IMG/VR virus record: IMGVR_UViG_3300027741_000083
Span: 1-54,513 of that record
Reading direction: 5' to 3' (one strand)
From: a virus
Lineage: Duplodnaviria; Caudoviricetes
Length of the DNA stretch: 54,513 nt
Part shown: in pieces, positions 19,423-27,771 of the stretch
Layout: the number at the start of each line of letters is the position of its first letter
Numbering within the stretch: position 1 is the first letter of the stretch
The notes under the pieces: model-generated
Database searches by the model: none
What the model was told of the DNA's origin: nothing
What the model saw: the letters and a program-made list of their open reading frames with translations, nothing else
Program-made: the position numbers and the translations under genes

Positions 19423-20647
19423 GTATCTTCCTCAGTTATCAATATAAATTAAATACACGTTTACTTAAGTACATACTTCCGAAATATTTTAATAATGAAT
19501 TATGAAATAGCTAAAAAAATTCAAGGGAAACTATCTAATAAAACTCGCAATCTATTAATTTGCGATGAATCACATTATTTAAAAAACTATAAATCAGAAA
19601 GAACAAAAGCTGTTTTAAAAATCTCAAAAAAGTGTATAAAAGTAATCTGCATGACTGGGACGCCGATCATGAACCGTCCTGTAGAATTATTAACGCAATT
19701 AGAAATTCTCGGAAACAACGCAATGGAAGGGTTTAATAAAAGTAGGAGAACTTTTTTGAATAGATATTGTTTAGATGATGACGGTCATTACGCAGGAGCT
19801 AGGAACTTAGAAGAATTACAGGAAATACTTAGATCTAATGTAATGGTTATGCGTCACAAAAAAGATGTACTAAAAGATCTACCGCCAAAAATGAGGAAAA
19901 TAATAACACTCGAAAAGAACGAAGCTGTTTTAAAAGAGCAAAAAGAGCTATAAAAATACAAACAAGGAATCGAAGAGTATAAAAAATCACTTTCAAAAAT
20001 CAAAAAATTAGAGAAAAATAATAAGGAAGAATTTGATTCTGCGTTAGCGGCTATCAAATCATTAAAGCATAGCGAAATAGGGTTAATAACAACCCTTAGA
20101 AAAAAAACATCCATCTCAAAAATACCTTATTTAATAGATTTTATAAATGAATTTTTTAATTCTACGAATAGAAAATTAGTTTTATTTTGTCATCACAATG
20201 AAGTGGCAACAAAGATTGAAGAAGAATTTAAAAAAATATGCGTAAAAATAACTGGCTCTGTTGACGTTTCGAAGAGACAAGCTTTAGTAGATAAATTCCA
20301 AGATGATTCTAGTTGTAAATTATTTATCGGAACGTTACATAGCTGCGGGCAAGGAATAACATTAACACCATCAAGCGATGTTTTATTTGCAGAAATAGAT
20401 TGGACTCCTGCAACATTATGTCAAGCGGAAGATAGATGCCACAGGATAGGTCAAAAAAATTACGTAAGTATTACGCATATGGTTTTTGATGAAAGTATAG
20501 ACGGGATGTTAATTGAGAAAATTATAGAAAAGCAAGAAATAATAGATCAAGTGACAAAATAAAATAAAAAATAAAGCTTTACTATTTATTAAAATTAAAG
20601 TAGTATTCGGTTTCTTATTAAACAGGAGGAATTATGGATAAAATAAC

Positions 20648-21169
20648 ATGAGCCATGAAACCTACGTAATCGCAGACACTCACTTTGGCCACGCCGGAGT
20701 CTGTAATTTTGAAGACTCCAATGGCAAGAAAATTAGGCCTTGGAGCACTCCGGAAGAGATGGACGAGGTCTTGGTAGATAATTGGAATAAAACGGTCAGG
20801 GACGTTGACAAGGTGTATTTGCTTGGGGATGTGGCTATCAATAGGCGGTGTTTGCCCACGCTAGGAAGGCTGAAAGGAAATATCATTCTTGTTGCGGGTA
20901 ACCATGACGTTTTCAGACTTGAAGAATATATCCCTTATTTCAAAGATATTAAAGGATGTGTAATTTATAAAGATTATATTTTGTCTCACATGCCGGTTCA
21001 CCCGTCGCAAAAAGAGCGATTCAAAGGCAATATTCATGGGCATTTACATCATAATAAAATATTTTATGATGGTATTGATATTCCGATTATAGATGATTGG
21101 TACCGCTGTGTTTCAGTCGAGCAGATAGATTATAGCCCGATTAATTTTAATTCGGTAATAGGAGGTTAG
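20648..21169 (+). CDS. Calcineurin-like metallophosphoesterase
   Basis: DTHFGH, LGD, GNHD, SHMP, HGHLH motifs. Confidence 0.93.
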   Translation: MSHETYVIADTHFGHAGVCNFEDSNGKKIRPWSTPEEMDEVLVDNWNKTVRDVDKVYLLGDVAINRRCLPTLGRLKGNIILVAGNHDVFRLEEYIPYFKDIKGCVIYKDYILSHMPVHPSQKERFKGNIHGHLHHNKIFYDGIDIPIIDDWYRCVSVEQIDYSPINFNSVIGG

Positions 21170-21170
21170 A

Positions 21171-21506
21171 ATGGGAAAAGAGGAAACTTATTATTTTAAA
21201 TGCCCGGAAACAGAAGAAGAAAAAATTAATGATTCTGTTCATTTTGATACCAGCATACATATTATTAATCTTTCATTTAAGGAAGGAAATAAGTGGTATG
21301 TTAATGATGGCCAATCTAGTTTTTACGCAATTGTTGAAGATGAATCTTTCTTGAAAAAAGTAAAATCTGGGGACGTATCGTTTGCAATTAATGATATCTT
21401 AAGAGTAAAAATCAGAAGGGAGCAGTTCCTTAATACATCTCAAAATAAGCTTAAAACAAAAAATTTCATAGAAGAAGTAAAAAGACATCAAAAACCACCT
21501 ATGTAA
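21171..21506 (+). CDS. Hypothetical protein, possibly the C-terminal part of a larger family
   Basis: GGAGG RBS; FKEGNKW..DG..FYA..DESFL..SF..DIL pattern. Confidence 0.6.
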   Translation: MGKEETYYFKCPETEEEKINDSVHFDTSIHIINLSFKEGNKWYVNDGQSSFYAIVEDESFLKKVKSGDVSFAINDILRVKIRREQFLNTSQNKLKTKNFIEEVKRHQKPPM

Positions 21507-21809
21507 TCGCTAATGCTCTTGCTTCCCCACCACGACATTTCCCTGTTTTTTGACTCATTTTTTGCCTCTTTGTTTGTTGTTAAAGCTCGTTTTAGCTTGC
21601 ATAATGATAAAAAACAAGCATTTTTATAAAAATGCTTTCTAACTGTTTTTTCTAACCCTAATGATGAACTTAGGTGCTTTTTTAATGGGAAAGAATTTTC
21701 TGTTGTCGTATTACACGCTACAATCTATTTTCATTATATTAAAAATAAAGTTTTATATTTGGATGCGGGTAAAATATTGGCTAATTCTGAATTTTTTATA
21801 GATTAATTT

Positions 21810-22388
21810 TTAAAACCCATAAACGCCTTGCTGCTGAATTCCTGAAATAACAGGTATTTCGTATTTAAATGTTCTGTTATAAGTTAGATCAAAAGTAAAA
21901 ACCGGGTTAAATTCATTCCTGTCTTTATCATCAATAAAAGGTATATTTTGAACGTCACTTGGCTTTAAAATTCCAAGACCATTTTCATATAGGCTGTATA
22001 TTGTTCTATCGCTGTAAAGTAGTAATTTTGCTGAATTAACTAAATCAGAAGCGGTAAATGAAATGTCTTCGGGATCCTGAATTTGAAGCCCTGATATTTG
22101 AAAAGTAGATTGGTATTTTTGTGTTTCGGTATGAAACATTTTTTCTTCATCTTCATCCCACGTATCTTTCTTTGAAGGCATTCCATAAGCGTGATCGCCA
22201 GGTATCTTCTGAACAAAAATAATGGTTGAGGGATCGTCCGGCAAGCCCTGCCTTGTCGGTTGATAAGATTGCCAAGTTTGAAAATTAGAATAACCCATTA
22301 AAGTTAAACCTTCATTAAGTATTATTTTTAATAAGCTAAATATATCATTATCAGATATATTTGTAGTGTCTATATTTTTTATTTTCAT
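21810..22388 (-). CDS. Tail terminator/completion protein
   Basis: QPTRQG, STFQIS motifs; last gene of the neck cluster. Confidence 0.75.
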   Translation of the reverse strand: MKIKNIDTTNISDNDIFSLLKIILNEGLTLMGYSNFQTWQSYQPTRQGLPDDPSTIIFVQKIPGDHAYGMPSKKDTWDEDEEKMFHTETQKYQSTFQISGLQIQDPEDISFTASDLVNSAKLLLYSDRTIYSLYENGLGILKPSDVQNIPFIDDKDRNEFNPVFTFDLTYNRTFKYEIPVISGIQQQGVYGF

Positions 22389-22391
22389 TTT

Positions 22392-22865
22392 TTATAGCTG
22401 CCTATTCCAAGCAATATACGATTTTTCTTTTATTTGTTTTGATATTTTTTTTTGATATTCTTCTAATTTTAACTTAAAACCTTTATCAGTATTAATTTTA
22501 AAAACAGAACAAAGCATCCCTATCCACCCATCCATTTTAAAAATATCGGGAACAGATGATTCACATTGTAAAATTTGATCTTTAAATACAAGTTTATCTC
22601 CTGCACTATTCCTTTGAACATCCGTTAATTCTGCGTTTATATAAAAAATATAAAGTATTTTGTTTTGATCAAAGCCATATTGCTCATAAAGATTTCTGTT
22701 TACAGGTTGCAAGCTTCCGCTTATAGTCATAGGATCATCATATTGTGAAATTTCTTGCATCACATCATTATTTATTCTGCTTATAAACTTAAACCATAAA
22801 ACCTCTGTATCGCCTAAAACTTGCATTGCTAGATCATAATTATTAGACCCGTACGTCATAAACAT
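22392..22865 (-). CDS. Head-tail adaptor/closure protein
   Basis: GSLQPV..Y..YG, GDKLVF, DGW motifs; gene order. Confidence 0.72.
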   Translation of the reverse strand: MFMTYGSNNYDLAMQVLGDTEVLWFKFISRINNDVMQEISQYDDPMTISGSLQPVNRNLYEQYGFDQNKILYIFYINAELTDVQRNSAGDKLVFKDQILQCESSVPDIFKMDGWIGMLCSVFKINTDKGFKLKLEEYQKKISKQIKEKSYIAWNRQL

Positions 22866-22928
22866 ATTAATATCTCAATTAGGTGGGGCTGCATTGTTTA
22901 TTATTATTATAATACAAGCCCCAAATTC

Positions 22929-23468
22929 TTATTTTTTAGAAACAACATGTGTTAGTGAGCTTAGCATAAAACCAGAATCAACAAGAGGTTTTCTTAATGA
23001 CGCTGTTATCTTTTTATTGCTTAACTTTTTAGCTCTTGCTTTTACTGTTGCCTCTTTTAATGGAGGCTCTTGTATTTGCGTTATTTTTTTGCTTATTAAT
23101 TTTGAAGCTCTTAGCCCGACTCCTTCATAAACATTTTCTATAGTTTCTTTTTCTTTTAATACGGATTTTAAACCTGAAGAAAATAATTTCGCAATATCTT
23201 GTCTATTTTCTTTTATAGATGATCGAATAAAAGATCTAGATGGTATTCCCTGTTTTGGGCTTCCGTATTCTTGTATGATCGCAATACTAGCGACAGTAGG
23301 AGATTCTTTTTTAGATAACAACTTTGATTTATTTTTTTTATTGTTATTTATATTTTCTTGTTTTTCCGGGTATCTTAACCCGTCAAACCAACCTACTTCT
23401 ATTTTAAGTTTTTGAAGATCTTTTGCTTTTTTTATAATATTATCAAAACCAGAACCTGATTTTTTCAT
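22929..23468 (-). CDS. Neck/virion morphogenesis protein
   Basis: VGWF, IA.IQEYG, IPSRSF, KPLVDSG.M motifs. Confidence 0.82.
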   Translation of the reverse strand: MKKSGSGFDNIIKKAKDLQKLKIEVGWFDGLRYPEKQENINNNKKNKSKLLSKKESPTVASIAIIQEYGSPKQGIPSRSFIRSSIKENRQDIAKLFSSGLKSVLKEKETIENVYEGVGLRASKLISKKITQIQEPPLKEATVKARAKKLSNKKITASLRKPLVDSGFMLSSLTHVVSKK

Positions 23469-23914
23469 TATGAGTAATTACCGTTAAAGCCACGTATCGC
23501 TAAACTATTTGGAACCCCATTTACTATAAAACCACCAGCAGAAGCTGACTGTAGTAAAGCCAAATAAGCTTGGCCATAAGGTGTTGAACTCATGAAAAAT
23601 TGCCAAGAATTACTTACAGGTGGGGCTAATAATGAGACAGCAATTTTATCTACTGTAGACTGCGTGATAGGAAGGCTTCTTTTCCCTTTTGTTGTATTAT
23701 AAAAATATTGGGTAATATGGGCAGTAATATATTGTAGTGCTAGTAGCCTTTTTGCGTTATTTAACCTGCCAAAATTTATATTTGAACAATAACAAGCTGC
23801 CTGATCCCAATTACCCTGTAATATTAATTCTGGAAAAGTTACAGGGTTGTTGAATTCAGGAAAAAGAGAAATAAAAGCTTCATAATCAAATGTAAAAACA
23901 CTTGCATAAGACAT
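23468..23914 (-). CDS. Head-tail connector (DUF4054 family)
   Basis: F..LFPEF, TAHI, TPYGQAYLALL motifs. Confidence 0.85.
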   Translation of the reverse strand: MSYASVFTFDYEAFISLFPEFNNPVTFPELILQGNWDQAACYCSNINFGRLNNAKRLLALQYITAHITQYFYNTTKGKRSLPITQSTVDKIAVSLLAPPVSNSWQFFMSSTPYGQAYLALLQSASAGGFIVNGVPNSLAIRGFNGNYS

Positions 23915-23915
23915 A

Positions 23916-24392
23916 TTATTTATAGTTTCTAATTACTTCGTTTGTTAATTCCAATGGTACAGGCGCTTTTTCTGTATCGATAATTGAAGCTCCTTTTGTT
24001 TGATTAATTTTTTTTAATCTTTCTGGGGTGATAGGTGAAAACTCATCTCTTTCAACTAAATCTTTTAAAACTTTTTCTTTTTTTTCTCCGCTTTTTGAGA
24101 AAGTAATTAAACCATTAGCAAATAATTGTCTAAATGTACTGTCTTGCCTTACTAAATCAAAATCTTCTCTTGATAAAACAGTTTCTATAATATTTCGAGT
24201 ATTAACACCATTATTATCACGCATTGCAACATTTGCGCCGCCATTTATTTTAATTCTTTTTTTTACAGCTAATTGATTAAACCTAGGATTATTTTTGATA
24301 GATCCAGCTTCCATTATTAATGGCAATTGTTCATAAACACAAACTAAAAAAGAATGGGTTGCTGTGGAGTATACATGTATTTTTTCACTCAT
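23916..24392 (-). CDS. Conserved head-module protein
   Basis: VYST..INGGANVA motif; directly after the capsid gene. Confidence 0.7.
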   Translation of the reverse strand: MSEKIHVYSTATHSFLVCVYEQLPLIMEAGSIKNNPRFNQLAVKKRIKINGGANVAMRDNNGVNTRNIIETVLSREDFDLVRQDSTFRQLFANGLITFSKSGEKKEKVLKDLVERDEFSPITPERLKKINQTKGASIIDTEKAPVPLELTNEVIRNYK

Positions 24393-24413
24393 TTTTATCC
24401 CTCATTTTTTATA

Positions 24414-24445
24414 TTGCCTAGCTATAATATATTATAGCTAGGCAA
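24414..24445. terminator. Perfect 32-bp palindrome downstream of the capsid gene
   Basis: TTGCCTAGCTATAATATATTATAGCTAGGCAA. Confidence 0.65.
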
Positions 24446-24451
24446 ATATTT

Positions 24452-25750
24452 TTAAGCTGCATCTAATATTGATAAATTTTGTTTTTCATCAGTAGATGCT
24501 TGTGTGCCTTTAGAATTACCAAAGCCAGGTCCATTATCAGCAGTTGCAACAACAACTAATATAGGACGTTTTGCTTTAGTACCTGCTGTAGCCATACCAT
24601 CTAATTCAATAAAACCATTAATTTCAGGTTTTACGCCGATAGTAAAAAATTCAGCAGGAACAGCTTGCAGCCATGTTTTACCGCCGTCTGTTGATCCGTC
24701 ATCTTTAATGTGATCAGCATAGCAATATACAGCATTTAAGCCAGAAATACCATCTGTAAATTCAGGTGAATATTCAACACGACAATTTTTATAAGTTTTG
24801 TTAATCCATTCATTAACACTAATACCAATTCCGGGTTGTTCTGCTGGTCGATCCAAAGCTTGTTTAAAAGATGAAGGAATAGCAAGAATTATTTCATCTT
24901 TGTTAGGGTCAATATTACTACCAGACTGAACTAATAAAGTAGATGTTAAAAATATAATATCGTTAATTATCTCAATAAAAGTTTTATTATTCCAGTTAGA
25001 GTATCCAGAAACACCAGGAGCAAGAGTTACAGGAGCTGGTAAGCTAGGATCATTTAATATACCTGTCGTAGTATTAAGTCCGTTATTATAACCGTAAAAA
25101 CAAATTTGGTTACGAAGAATTGCCAAGCCACGCATAACGCCAAGACGTTTGTTTGCAGTTACATTTTGCTTCATTTTTGCGTATGTTTCTTCTTCTTGCA
25201 AAAATGATTGCAAACCTAATGCGAAACGAACAATAGACATATAGCCAAAATTTAAGTTTTGACCGGTCAAGTTGTAATTAGAATAATCTTGGTACGGAGT
25301 AGGAGAACCAGATACTTCTAATTGAGTCAAAACAACTTGGTTATCCCATTGATCGCCAGTTACTGTGCGACCCACTAAAGCATCACCTTTCCTTGTTTTA
25401 GTAATATTAAGTATAAAACCCGGATCCCAAAATTGAGTAAATTGAACAGGAACGCCGATACTAGGAATAGTATTAGGAGCTTGTATAAACCCGTTCGTAG
25501 GAGCAACATCTTGTGCATAAAAATTAACACCAGGTTTTAATGCAGAATAAGCTCTTTCATTAATGTGGTATCCTAATTTTTTTTGTGCATTTAATTTATC
25601 TGAAAAATCAGCTGAATCAGTTGCACTTGCAAAATCAAAACAATTTAATTTTGGAGCATTTTCTAAAGAAATTAATTCTGATGCTTTTTTTGCTGATATA
25701 AAACTTTTTGGTATTGGATCGTAGATTATTCCTGTTTGTTGTTGATTCAT
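24452..25750 (-). CDS. Major capsid protein (DUF2184-like)
   Basis: RNQICFYG, GILNDPSLP, ATAG..KRP motifs; follows protease and decoration genes. Confidence 0.87.
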   Translation of the reverse strand: MNQQQTGIIYDPIPKSFISAKKASELISLENAPKLNCFDFASATDSADFSDKLNAQKKLGYHINERAYSALKPGVNFYAQDVAPTNGFIQAPNTIPSIGVPVQFTQFWDPGFILNITKTRKGDALVGRTVTGDQWDNQVVLTQLEVSGSPTPYQDYSNYNLTGQNLNFGYMSIVRFALGLQSFLQEEETYAKMKQNVTANKRLGVMRGLAILRNQICFYGYNNGLNTTTGILNDPSLPAPVTLAPGVSGYSNWNNKTFIEIINDIIFLTSTLLVQSGSNIDPNKDEIILAIPSSFKQALDRPAEQPGIGISVNEWINKTYKNCRVEYSPEFTDGISGLNAVYCYADHIKDDGSTDGGKTWLQAVPAEFFTIGVKPEINGFIELDGMATAGTKAKRPILVVVATADNGPGFGNSKGTQASTDEKQNLSILDAA

Positions 25751-25797
25751 TTAACGCCTCTTTATTTTTATTTTTAAGTTATTTACAAAATATTTTT

Positions 25798-26400
25798 TTA
25801 TTTTATTGTTTTTTCTTTTGTACTTAATCCTGTAGGAGAATAATAAGCTGCGACAGTATTATTAATATTAATAATACATTCAGTTGGCCCAGATCCAGTC
25901 GGATTATTAAAATATTTAATTTCAGCATTACAAGGGGTTTGGGTCGCAGTAGGCGCTGTAAATCTAGGTATAGATGACAATTGCCCTGTTGTATTATTCA
26001 TTACTATTAAATCTCCAATATTTGCTGGAAAATTTGATATAGTAACCGCAACATCGCCTTGCGTAGCCAAAGTAGCCGTAGATCCGTTTGGTAATTTCAT
26101 TGTTGGTGCTAATGGGTTAAAAGCCGTACCAAAAGAAACATGATCATCTTTATTTACTAAAATACCTGCAAAAGGATCGGGGCTTGTTAAATAATTTGGA
26201 TTTCCAGCTTGAACTGTTCCATTTTGATTTTTTACATTAGTATAGCCTGTTGATCCAATAACATTATCAACTGCGTCTCCAGCTAAATTTATTGACCAAA
26301 GTAAATAACTATAAGCAGTCATTGGTGCTGTTGAAAATTTACTACCAGGAAATGCGGTAGGCTGAAAAGTATTTACCTTTAATTGACCTGAAAAACTCAT
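25798..26400 (-). CDS. Capsid decoration/cement protein
   Basis: FAGILVN, ATQGDV..IGD motifs; between protease and capsid genes; likely start MSFSGQ. Confidence 0.72.
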   Translation of the reverse strand: MSFSGQLKVNTFQPTAFPGSKFSTAPMTAYSYLLWSINLAGDAVDNVIGSTGYTNVKNQNGTVQAGNPNYLTSPDPFAGILVNKDDHVSFGTAFNPLAPTMKLPNGSTATLATQGDVAVTISNFPANIGDLIVMNNTTGQLSSIPRFTAPTATQTPCNAEIKYFNNPTGSGPTECIININNTVAAYYSPTGLSTKEKTIK

Positions 26401-26401
26401 A

Positions 26402-27700
26402 TTATTTGCCTCCAAATAGAGAATCTATTTCTGTTTGATATTTATTAGAAACTGCAGAATCCATAGCAGCAGTAGAACTTTCTAAAGAACGAGCTGGAAT
26501 AGCTTGTAAATAAGCGTCTAATGCTATTTCTTCTGCGCCCTTAGGGACGTTTTTAATTTTTAATTCTTTAATACCTTTATTAAGAACATCTAAAAAGCTC
26601 ATTGAATCTGTTGCAAAATGCCCAATATGCTGTTCTAACCTTTTTGCAAAAGATTCTTTTTTTGTAAAATCTTGTTTGCTTTTCATAATTGCTTCGCTTA
26701 CTTGCTTATCAACAAGATTTTTTAATTCAGCAGAGTCCATAGCTTTATAAGCTCCGCTATCTTTTGACTTAGTCATTTCTGAAGATTCATCTTTAGCGAT
26801 TTCTTTTTCTGCTTTTTTCATTTCTTTTTCATCTTCTTTCATATCTTCGTCTTTTACTATAACTTCTTCAGCATCTAATGTTGCTTCTTTTTTCTCCATA
26901 GAAACAATTTTTAACAAAAGATCTATTGCTTTATCTAATTTTTCTTCTATTGTTTTGCTTGTATTAAGTTCAACATCGTCAGTTTTTTCGCCTTCATTTT
27001 CTTCAGCTAAAATTTTGACTTCAACGACTTCTTCTTGTTTTTGTTCTTCTTTATCGTTTAACATCTTTTTCTCCAATCCTGTAATTGAATCACAGGAAAA
27101 GTTTATATAATCCCAGACAGCTATTTTATTTTTAACTTCCCCATTTTTACTATCTAAAGCAAAGTCAAGGCAGTCTAAACTAATAGCAACATCTGACCCA
27201 TTTCTACCTACATCAACAATTGCCTCATGGTTTAATTTTATGTTTTTTTGTCTAACCTTATAAGGTATGCCATTAAAAACACCCGATGAGAGCACATAAA
27301 TACAGCGGTAACCAGCAGATAACTGCCTTTTACCAGAATCAATTAAATCTTTAAATTTTTTTGTATAACCTGTTATTCCGTTTCTTATATATTCGCCATC
27401 AAAATATGGCTTATCAGCTGAAACTCCTTCTATCTGGACATCGTCTGGTAATGTAAGTCCGTCTTTAAAACCAACCATTGTGTGATCGTTAAATAATGGT
27501 TTGCGTTTAAAAGACTCAATACATTCTTCTTTACTTAATTCTTCAGCTGACCTATATACATTTACAATTTCGTTTTCATCAAAAGGATATGAACCGTCTT
27601 CTAGTCGTATTTGAGATCCAGAATAAGGAAAAACGCCAACTTTTATAAGCGGAACATTTTCAAATTCTAAATACCCATTAATATCTTCTTTAAATGCCAC
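26402..27700 (-). CDS. Prohead protease/scaffold (DUF2213 family)
   Basis: GYL..PL.KVGVFPY, LSAGYRC, NHEAIVDVGR; acidic scaffold-like C-half. Confidence 0.88.
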   Translation of the reverse strand: MAFKEDINGYLEFENVPLIKVGVFPYSGSQIRLEDGSYPFDENEIVNVYRSAEELSKEECIESFKRKPLFNDHTMVGFKDGLTLPDDVQIEGVSADKPYFDGEYIRNGITGYTKKFKDLIDSGKRQLSAGYRCIYVLSSGVFNGIPYKVRQKNIKLNHEAIVDVGRNGSDVAISLDCLDFALDSKNGEVKNKIAVWDYINFSCDSITGLEKKMLNDKEEQKQEEVVEVKILAEENEGEKTDDVELNTSKTIEEKLDKAIDLLLKIVSMEKKEATLDAEEVIVKDEDMKEDEKEMKKAEKEIAKDESSEMTKSKDSGAYKAMDSAELKNLVDKQVSEAIMKSKQDFTKKESFAKRLEQHIGHFATDSMSFLDVLNKGIKELKIKNVPKGAEEIALDAYLQAIPARSLESSTAAMDSAVSNKYQTEIDSLFGGK

Positions 27701-27771
27701 TTTAAGCCTTTATTATTGTTTTAATTTATTGTAGGCATTTTAAAACAATATTGCAAGTTTTTATTAAAATA

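Larger units (their letters stand above)
17032..19481 (+). mobile_element. IS1595-family insertion sequence with passenger DNA (2450 bp)
   Basis: 23-bp terminal inverted repeats CGGAAGTATGTA(T/C)TTAA(C/G)TAAAC at 17032-17054 and 19459-19481; 8-bp target duplication AAATATTT at 17024-17031 and 19482-19489. Confidence 0.95.
16467..20562 (+). pseudogene. SNF2/HARP-like helicase, split by IS1595 and carrying an in-frame TAA
   Basis: DEMGLGKT, CPASL, DESH, TGTP..NRP, QAEDRCHRIGQ motifs over three ORFs; removing the IS and one TSD restores the frame (DKNILIMNYE); TAA at 19951 is in frame with the 20203 ORF. Confidence 0.9.

Noticed and set aside
19951-19953. Stop-codon reassignment (alternative genetic code)
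   Set aside because: Single case in an already disrupted gene; TAA terminates most other genes normally.
24452-24470. SsrA-like ClpXP degron at the capsid C-terminus (LDAA)
   Set aside because: Only a terminal Ala-Ala match; too little information to support.
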